Below, piece by piece: positions 57,001 to 64,000 of a stretch of 64,000 nucleotides of DNA. The notes under the pieces were generated by a model that worked only from the letters and a program-made list of their open reading frames with translations, searched no databases and had not been told where the DNA came from. The stretch is taken from NCBI GenBank assembly GCA_964291285.2, contig OZ219789.1, positions 320,001 through 384,000 on the forward strand, given 5' to 3'. The position numbers and the translations under genes were made by a program. Each line of letters starts with the position of its first letter. Positions within the stretch are counted from its first letter, which is position 1. Source of the DNA: Alphaproteobacteria bacterium. Its GTDB lineage: Bacteria; Pseudomonadota; Alphaproteobacteria; Bin95.

Positions 57001-59781
57001 CTATAGCCGTTCGATACGGACTGTATCCCCCAGGTCCAGGTCTTCCAGTGTTCGCCGGAGGTCGTCTTCCATGGCGGCGAGAGCGTTTGCTGGAATCTCG
57101 GCTTCGAACTTCACCTCCACGACAAGCCCCTTGCCGGCCCGCAGCCTGGGAACGACCTTCGTGCCGAGACGGTTCCAGACTTCCGGCGGTACGACTCCAG
57201 CCAGGCGCAATCGGACCGGTGCGGTGTTTCCGCGCGGTTCGTTTTCAGTCCCGAGCTCCTGCACGGCGTCGGGGCCGGGTTTGGGAGGCGTCGGTGTATC
57301 GGCGTCTGGCGCCGTTTGCAGCCCGGGCGCTTCCACCGCCCGAATCTCCTCGCTGCGGGCCCTGGTCAACAGGAACACGTCCGGTTCGAACGCAACTTCC
57401 TCCGCCCCGACCGGCTCGGCGTGCCAGATCCGTCCGTACCCGCCGTCCGCCATCGTGCCCGATGCGAGGCCGAAGTCGCCGTTCGCAACAAATTCGACGA
57501 TCTTGCGGCGCAGGACGGCATCCGGATCGACGAGCCGGGTCAGCGACCCGTCGAGAAAGCTCTGGCGCAGGCCGGTAAGCGGCCAGGCCCCGCTTTCCCT
57601 CAAGGCCGGCGGCCAGTGGCGGTCGAGATAGCCCGCGCCTACGGATTCGTTGAGCAGTGCTTCGGTCCTGAGCGCCGTGATCACGCGGCCGCAGAGCGTC
57701 TCGCTGGCGCTGCTGTGCCCCGCGCCGAGATCGATTGTCTTGAGTCCTGTCTCGGCCCTGGCGTCGGCGAGCGCCACGAAGCGGTAGCCGCCCCACACCT
57801 CGTCCCGCGCCGCGTTTTCCGCGTCCCTGACCTTGGCCTGCACCTCGTCCCGATCCGCCCGGTCGAACTCCGTGCCGAGCACGCCTTCGGCCACCTCGCG
57901 GGAGACCCGCTGCCAGGCGAGCCACAGCTCCGCGCGCTCCCTGAGTTCGCGCCCCGGCTTCCTGACGCACCAGACCAGGGAGGCGGGATAAAGCCGCGGC
58001 GAAGCGCCCCGCTGCCTTGTCCATAGCGCAATCCGCTCCGCTGTCCGCTGTCCGGGCTGCCATTCCGCCTCCGGATCGACGACGACCAGCGCAAGGCGCG
58101 GCGTGTCTGGAACAGCGGCGCCGTCTTCCGGAAAGGGGACGACCGGCAGGCTGGCGCCCCGGTCGAATTCTTCCTTCACCAGCTTGCGGATCGCCGGCCG
58201 GATTTCCGTTTCTTCGTCGAGCGCGGCGCGGCGGTCGCTGACGACCTTCTTCAGGGTCGCCTGGTGATGGATGCGGAAACCGTCCGTACCGATCTTGCGG
58301 ATGAAGAACCCCGCTGTTTCCAGCGCCCCGGCCGCATTGTCGACGGACGTGGTGTCGACTTCGGGTTCACCCAGGGCGAAGCGCAATTCGGGAAGGTGCG
58401 CCACCTTCTCCACCTGCCCGCCGGAAGACTCGAACAGGATGGCCGCGCCGACCCGGCGGTGAATGTCGCGCAGCGCTCCCCTCGTGTCGGCATCCAGCGC
58501 GCGGGCATGGGCCGTGTCGCCCACGAGATCGGCGGCTATCGCCACATCGAGCCGCTGTTCGCCCAACTGGCCGAGCACGACCGCGCGGAACTCCGGCACA
58601 TGCAGCGGCGCCGAACCGAGCGTGATCAACGGCTCCGTCCGCGCCTGCCGGAAGTGCTGGCGCGCCGCCCAGGAGATCCACTGGGCCAGCATGGCAAGCG
58701 TACCGCGGGTCTGCTGGAACTGGGGAAGCGCGCTCCATTTCCTCCGGAAGACGGAGAGCGTCGAAGGGTGGAAGGGATAGCAGGCCTCGAACCGGCGCCT
58801 GAGAAACTCGCGCGCCCTGGTCTCTGTGGTCGCGCTGTCCACGGACATCCATTCTGAAGGCAGGCGGGCGGTTCTCTCGAAACACCAGTCCGCGCAGGTC
58901 TTCGAAACTCGCTTGCGTATCCGCTCGTCGCCGAGGTCCTCGAACAGCCGCCGGCGCACCACGTCGCCGATCTCGGCTTCGTCATTGGCGATCAGGTCGC
59001 GGGCGACGCGGCGCACCACCTTGGTGATGCGGTCCTGCCATTGGCGGTCCCAGTCCGTCATTTCCACCTGGCTGCGCGGCAGGCTGATGACCGCCGCCGC
59101 CCCGGCGGCCCCGGTGACGGCGACCGTCAGATTCTGGATGAAGGCGTGGAAGCTCTCGGCCCGGTCGCGATGGCGGTTGACGAAGTTCAGGACCTCGTCG
59201 AATAGCAGCAGCACGGGCGCCTCTGCGACGGCGAACACCCGGGCGAGAGCCTCGGTCCCGGGCGGCGTGGTCTTCGCCGCCGTTCCGAGGGCGGCGACGC
59301 CCCGGTCTCCGGCAAGCTGGCGGGCCAAGTCGATCCACGGGGTCTCGCGGCCTTCGGAGGGATCCCAGGCATTGCCCACGAACACCCCGACCCGCGCTTC
59401 GGGAAGGCTTGAAACGCCTGCCGCCGCCAGCAGACCGGACACGCCCGGCAGGCTTGCAACCCCGTCGCCGGCGTTGGCGAGATGGTAGAGCGCCGTCAAG
59501 GTATGGGTCTTGCCGCCGCCGAACTGGGTGACGAGGGTGAGCACCGGCGAAGTGTTCTGCGTTTCGCCGGCGAGGCGGCGCAGCACCATGCCGGCATGGT
59601 CTGTCAGCGCACGGGTGAAGCAGGTGCGCGAGAAGAACTGCGCCGGGTCGCGGTAGTCGGGCGGCGCCGTGCCGGCGACCACCTGTTCCAGCGCGATGGC
59701 GAATTCGTCCGGGCTGAAGGAGCGACCTTCCCGCACCTCCTGCCGGGGCGTGACGACCTTGTGCCAGGGATGCCTAGTCAT
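57001..59781 (-). CDS. DUF499 family AAA+ ATPase
   Basis: PWHKVVTPR, FAIAL, QFGGGKTH Walker A, LLFDEVL, YPFHP, FQQTRGTL. Confidence 0.88.
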   Translation of the reverse strand: MTRHPWHKVVTPRQEVREGRSFSPDEFAIALEQVVAGTAPPDYRDPAQFFSRTCFTRALTDHAGMVLRRLAGETQNTSPVLTLVTQFGGGKTHTLTALYHLANAGDGVASLPGVSGLLAAAGVSSLPEARVGVFVGNAWDPSEGRETPWIDLARQLAGDRGVAALGTAAKTTPPGTEALARVFAVAEAPVLLLFDEVLNFVNRHRDRAESFHAFIQNLTVAVTGAAGAAAVISLPRSQVEMTDWDRQWQDRITKVVRRVARDLIANDEAEIGDVVRRRLFEDLGDERIRKRVSKTCADWCFERTARLPSEWMSVDSATTETRAREFLRRRFEACYPFHPSTLSVFRRKWSALPQFQQTRGTLAMLAQWISWAARQHFRQARTEPLITLGSAPLHVPEFRAVVLGQLGEQRLDVAIAADLVGDTAHARALDADTRGALRDIHRRVGAAILFESSGGQVEKVAHLPELRFALGEPEVDTTSVDNAAGALETAGFFIRKIGTDGFRIHHQATLKKVVSDRRAALDEETEIRPAIRKLVKEEFDRGASLPVVPFPEDGAAVPDTPRLALVVVDPEAEWQPGQRTAERIALWTRQRGASPRLYPASLVWCVRKPGRELRERAELWLAWQRVSREVAEGVLGTEFDRADRDEVQAKVRDAENAARDEVWGGYRFVALADARAETGLKTIDLGAGHSSASETLCGRVITALRTEALLNESVGAGYLDRHWPPALRESGAWPLTGLRQSFLDGSLTRLVDPDAVLRRKIVEFVANGDFGLASGTMADGGYGRIWHAEPVGAEEVAFEPDVFLLTRARSEEIRAVEAPGLQTAPDADTPTPPKPGPDAVQELGTENEPRGNTAPVRLRLAGVVPPEVWNRLGTKVVPRLRAGKGLVVEVKFEAEIPANALAAMEDDLRRTLEDLDLGDTVRIERL

Positions 59782-60148
59782 TGCCGCCTTCGACATTTCC
59801 CGCCGGCCGTATCCGCACGCGCCTTCCGGTGACCACGATAATGGCACCCTTGCGCATTGCAGCGCCCTGGCGCTCGATCAGGTCCCGCATGACTGCCGCT
59901 TCCTCCATGGCCGTCAACCCGTCGAGACGAACGATACACGGATGCGGCAGGCCGCGCAGAAAGACAAGCTCGCCGAAGTCCTTGTCCTCGGTGACCAGCA
60001 CCCGGTCTTCGCGGCAGGCGATGGCGAGCAGCGCCTCGTCCGAAGCGTTCGCATGTCCGTCGCGGGCGGACAGCACATCGTGCCCGAGATCGATCAGGGT
60101 CCGGTGCAGGATGCGCGACGCCACGCAGACATCGAGAAGAAACTTCAC
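59774..60148 (-). CDS. DUF5615 PIN-like toxin
   Basis: MKFLLDVCV, SDEALL, RVLVTEDKDFGEL. Confidence 0.85.
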   Translation of the reverse strand: MKFLLDVCVASRILHRTLIDLGHDVLSARDGHANASDEALLAIACREDRVLVTEDKDFGELVFLRGLPHPCIVRLDGLTAMEEAAVMRDLIERQGAAMRKGAIIVVTGRRVRIRPAGNVEGGND

Positions 60149-60402
60149 GAAGCCTGTCGCAGGGAAATGCGGTCATGGACACGCTCGCCGGCCAGGGAAC
60201 GATGGGCGAAGACCAGGCAGGCCCGGATATCCTCGGGCTCGAGAAACGGATACTCGCCGAGGATGGTTTCCGCACTGTCTCCCGCCGCCAGCTTGCCCAG
60301 AACATGCTCCACCGCGATGCGCATGTCGCGGATTATCGGCTTGCCGCCGAAGATATCGGCCCGCACGGTGATACGGTCCAGCAGTTCGGTTTCTTCCGTC
60401 AT
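60145..60402 (-). CDS. DUF433 antitoxin
   Basis: RITVRADIFGGKPIIRDMRIAVEHVL..ILGEYPFLEPEDIRACL. Confidence 0.9.
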   Translation of the reverse strand: MTEETELLDRITVRADIFGGKPIIRDMRIAVEHVLGKLAAGDSAETILGEYPFLEPEDIRACLVFAHRSLAGERVHDRISLRQAS

Positions 60403-60528
60403 GATCCTGTCCTCCTTCGATCACGTTCTCCGGTTCCTGTCCCCGCCGGATGAAGCCCGCCGCCGGCCCGGTCTCGGGGCGCCGACAGGCCCGGGGATTG
60501 TCGTTCGGCGATCCGGGGCTTCATGGCG

Positions 60529-63495
60529 TCACCTCGGCGCCGCAAGCAGCATGGCGTCCAGAACCCGCTTCTCGCGGCTGCCGCGCGGGTAGAGGGCGGA
60601 AAGCGCGTTGGCGAGGCGCAGGAAGTCCGGTCCGCGCTCCTGTTCGGAAACGATCAATCGACGCAAGGCGTTCGAATGCCCGCCCGTCTGGAGCAGCATC
60701 GCCGTATGAACCCGGTCCAGGACGGTCGAATCCGGCGATTGCAGGTCGGAATCCGGGTCGAAACCGTTGCGCTCGGGCCGCGAGGCGTCCGGCACCGGGT
60801 CAAGCTCGGAGAACAGCGTTGGCTGCGCGTCCGCACTTGCGCCGGCCTCGATCCATTCGGGGACGCTGCGGGCACCGTCGGCGCCGAGCAGCGTCTTCGC
60901 GCGTTCCGCAACCGGAAGCAGGCGGACGATGCCTTTCTCCTGGGCAATCACCCGCCCTGTCCAACGGTCGAGGTCGATGCCCATGGGCTGGGAGAAGCGC
61001 CGCACGACATCGAACGGCAAGCGGAATCCCCCGGCGGTCGCCTTGGCGACCTCTTCTTCGAGGGCGTCGTCCGCTTCGGAGGCCGCGGCATCGTCCGGGC
61101 CGCTGTCCCGCAATTCGTTCGTGCCCTGAAAAGCCCACAGGAAGAGGGCGGACAGGCGGGCGTCTTCCTCCAGCGCGCCGGCCATGCCGTTGCGGGCGGC
61201 GGCTTCCGCCGTGCCGAGCACCTGTTCGAGGGCGGCGCGGCCTACCACTTCCCAGACCTTCTCCAGATATGTCGACAGGCTGACCGTTTGGCCCTCCGCC
61301 GTCTCGACGGTGCGGCAGCGGCTGAAGATCTCCAGGGCGGGGCCGATGCAGGCGAATACGAGATCGGCGCCGCGCACACCCTCGCCCTGCAGGCGCGCCA
61401 TCCAGTCGGCAACCCGCAAGGGCAGTTCCTTGAGCACCTCGGCCCACTCGCCAACCGGGGCATCCGCCGGGCGCGGGCGGCAGACGAGATGGACGCTGGT
61501 AGCGAGGGCAGCGGAGTCCCGGGCGCGGAGGCGAGACCCCATTTCCGTTGCGATCGGCCAGGAACCCGTGATGGTCCAGCCGCCCCGGATCATGCCGGAG
61601 AGCAGGGCTTCCCAGCCTTCGGTGGTCTTGTGGGCGAACACGACCGATCCGATGCCGTCCTCGGCGAGAACGCGCCGCCCCTCGGCGAAGGCCTTCCCCA
61701 TCGTGTCTTCGAACCATTCGCGGTCCTTGGAGCGGCCGTCGCTCTCCTTCGTTTCGTCCTGCACCGCCTCGCGTGTCTTGGGTGAGAGGAGATTTTCAGG
61801 ATCGAAGGGGTCCCGAAGAAGAAAGTGATCGGGTAGACTGCGTTTCAGCCAGACAAGGAAAAAGTCGGAGAGATCAGCATATGGAACCGCGTCGTAATAG
61901 GGTGGATCGGTGAACCAGACGCTAGCGGACTGGTCCGGGAGTGGATGCTCGTTGGCGTCGGCAAGTTGAAGGGATATAGACTTAGAAACTGGACCCAGAG
62001 AATCAGATCCCGAAGCGACGTGCCTCACAGAAATAGTATAACTGCCACTGGACTCAGAGCTGGAAACACCCTCCGCGAAATCCCAAGCTATAGGGAGTGC
62101 TTGCCGTCCAAACACATGCCTTGGGCATTCAGCTAGTGGCTCCCATGTGCAGAGTGAATTGGATAGTTCAGACAGTTTCGATATTGCCAATGCGAGGCCT
62201 CGTTTGACATTCACTTTGTTATGAATGCACGCAAGGCGTGCCAACTCCACCAGCGCCGCCTTCTGCCGTGCGGTGAACAGGTCGCCCCACTGGAGCATCC
62301 CGTAGCGCTGGACGCGGAAGCCCAACGTGCCTATGGGCGGCAGGGGTTCATCCGGTATGGGACACAACCCCTGCTTGCCGCCGCGCTCCCAGTCTTCCAG
62401 GATTCCGACGACCCGCGCCTGCGCTGCCCGCACCGCGGCGTAGTCGGCCTCCGTCGGCAGACGATAGTGCCGGCCCGCTTCGTCCGGCCGGAGGGTCACC
62501 ACCGCCGTCATCCGCGCCCCGCCGACCCGGTTGCCCCCCTCGTCGAAAACCACATCCGCGCCGCCGCGCCGGGCGGCGAGTTGCGCGCGCACGCGCTCCG
62601 GCGGCAGGACCGCGCCGCAGCACAGGCAGGTCGCCCTGGCGCGCGTCACCGTGCCGCCGCGTACCTCGCTTTCGGCCACGGGTTCGAACACTTCGAACGC
62701 CACCCGCGGCGGCGCTCCCTCGACCCGTTCGACGGCATGGCGCAAGGCGCGCTTGCGCTTCGCCTTCCGGCACAGCCAGAAGGAACGCATGAGCGGGATT
62801 TCGGCGCCGCAGTCCGGCGCCTCGCAGCGCACCGTGCGCGCCCACAGATAGGCGATGGGCGTCGCGCCGTCGGGGTCGGCCGGATACAGGTCGGACAGTT
62901 CCCGTTCGGCCTGCCGCCTGATTTCCGCGCCAGCCTCGCGTAACTCGTCGGCCAGTCCCGGGCCGTGGCGCGGAATGTCCTCCAGCATCGCCTTGAGGAT
63001 GAGGCAGGCCACGGGGTTGAGATCGCTCGCGAACGCCTCGCAGCCGAGCCGCAGCGCCTCCAGCGGGATTGACCCGCCGCCGGCAAACGGATCCACCACC
63101 AGGGGCGGTTCTTCTCCATGGGCGGCCCTGACGAGCGCTCGGCCCGCCTCCAGCCAAGGTAGCTTTGTGCTGAGGTCCCAGTTGGCAAAGTCTGCGATGA
63201 ACTTCAGCAGGCCGCGCCGGATATCCGTGTCGGTTTCGCCGTGCCCGCAACCGACCGCCGGCAGAGCCTTGCGCGCCGCTTCCTTGAAGTCGTCCGGACA
63301 TTCGGGATCGCAGGGGTCCGGGAACAGGAGCGCCAGGAGCATGGCCCGCGAGGAGGCCAGAGGCCGCCGCGCCCACCACAGATGCAGCGTCGAGGGATGG
63401 CCGTGGCGGATCGACTTCTCGCGCACCGCATGGCGCGACACCGCCGCGATCGGAAAATCCACCTCAGCCAGACGCTTGCATCCCCGGGGGATCAT
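60529..63495 (-). CDS. DUF1156 adenine-specific DNA methyltransferase
   Basis: LHLWWARRPLASSRA, DPFAGGGSIPLEA (motif I), CEAPDC zinc ribbon, FTDPPYYD (motif IV). Confidence 0.92.
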   Translation of the reverse strand: MIPRGCKRLAEVDFPIAAVSRHAVREKSIRHGHPSTLHLWWARRPLASSRAMLLALLFPDPCDPECPDDFKEAARKALPAVGCGHGETDTDIRRGLLKFIADFANWDLSTKLPWLEAGRALVRAAHGEEPPLVVDPFAGGGSIPLEALRLGCEAFASDLNPVACLILKAMLEDIPRHGPGLADELREAGAEIRRQAERELSDLYPADPDGATPIAYLWARTVRCEAPDCGAEIPLMRSFWLCRKAKRKRALRHAVERVEGAPPRVAFEVFEPVAESEVRGGTVTRARATCLCCGAVLPPERVRAQLAARRGGADVVFDEGGNRVGGARMTAVVTLRPDEAGRHYRLPTEADYAAVRAAQARVVGILEDWERGGKQGLCPIPDEPLPPIGTLGFRVQRYGMLQWGDLFTARQKAALVELARLACIHNKVNVKRGLALAISKLSELSNSLCTWEPLAECPRHVFGRQALPIAWDFAEGVSSSESSGSYTISVRHVASGSDSLGPVSKSISLQLADANEHPLPDQSASVWFTDPPYYDAVPYADLSDFFLVWLKRSLPDHFLLRDPFDPENLLSPKTREAVQDETKESDGRSKDREWFEDTMGKAFAEGRRVLAEDGIGSVVFAHKTTEGWEALLSGMIRGGWTITGSWPIATEMGSRLRARDSAALATSVHLVCRPRPADAPVGEWAEVLKELPLRVADWMARLQGEGVRGADLVFACIGPALEIFSRCRTVETAEGQTVSLSTYLEKVWEVVGRAALEQVLGTAEAAARNGMAGALEEDARLSALFLWAFQGTNELRDSGPDDAAASEADDALEEEVAKATAGGFRLPFDVVRRFSQPMGIDLDRWTGRVIAQEKGIVRLLPVAERAKTLLGADGARSVPEWIEAGASADAQPTLFSELDPVPDASRPERNGFDPDSDLQSPDSTVLDRVHTAMLLQTGGHSNALRRLIVSEQERGPDFLRLANALSALYPRGSREKRVLDAMLLAAPR

Positions 63496-64000
63496 CCGCC
63501 CGATCCCCCATACGGCGCTGCTTCCTCCCGCAGCGTCATGGGTTCGGTCATCGCATCCACGTCAAGCCAGTAGTGCTGCACCTCGGTGACCTTGCGCCAC
63601 GGGAACCGGGCCGGGTCCGGGATCGGCTCCTGAAGCCGGGGTTCTCCGGCGCAATCGGTGACCACATAGAGCCAGTAGCAGTCGCGCCGGTCTTCGGCGA
63701 CCCGGCGCTCGTTCGGGGTCAGCAGGATGCTGCCGGTCGTTCCGGCGAGCCCCTTGATCTCGATCAGGCGAAGCTCGCCGGATTGCAGGTCGAGGCTGGT
63801 GATGTCGTAGCCGAGATTCTGCTCATGCACATCGTCGACCCGACATCCCCGCGCCGTTTCGAACTCCATGACCGCGCGCATCGCGGTCATCTCGGTTTCC
63901 GGATCGGGGCGCAGCCGCCGGACTTCCGCCGACTCGCGCTCGGGGTGGGGCAGGATCAGGGCGCTTGCCAGCCGTTCAACACCCTGCAATGTCACGGCGC
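63492..64000 (-). CDS. C-terminal DUF3883 nuclease domain of SNF2-type helicase (partial)
   Basis: EMTAMRAVMEFE, DVHEQNLGYDITS, RLIEIKG, LTPNE, YWLYVV; ATGA overlap with DUF1156 gene. Confidence 0.85.
   Translation of the reverse strand, partial: AVTLQGVERLASALILPHPERESAEVRRLRPDPETEMTAMRAVMEFETARGCRVDDVHEQNLGYDITSLDLQSGELRLIEIKGLAGTTGSILLTPNERRVAEDRRDCYWLYVVTDCAGEPRLQEPIPDPARFPWRKVTEVQHYWLDVDAMTEPMTLREEAAPYGGSGG

Overview
GC-rich, heavily rearranged accessory region, most likely from an alphaproteobacterium. The FN3/Calx-beta autotransporter, RTX protein and HEAT protein suggest a host-associated organism such as a sponge symbiont (inference). It contains: (i) three copies of a porin / variable surface lipoprotein / Slam (type XI secretion) module, one nearly complete, one with Slam broken by an IS66, and one reduced to a lipoprotein between short porin and Slam relics; (ii) adjacent RTX and giant autotransporter genes, each with a poly-G tract placed as expected for phase variation (promoter spacer and 5' reading frame); (iii) a decayed conjugative-element leading region (ssb, DUF2493, long stem-loops, putative oriT, RHH protein) and tandem tyrosine-integrase pairs; (iv) defence genes (ietAS, DNA MTase-HNH fusion, DUF499/DUF1156/SNF2-DUF3883 restriction-like operon, truncated HTH-SNF2 helicase, RlmJ-like plus ATL-like pair, TIGR02391-like protein, several TA modules); and (v) many IS elements (two identical IS66-like elements carrying DUF4338, two IS1380, IS1634, IS1595, IS5-like relics). 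No rRNA, tRNA or CRISPR array was seen. Family assignments come from motif recognition, not database searches.
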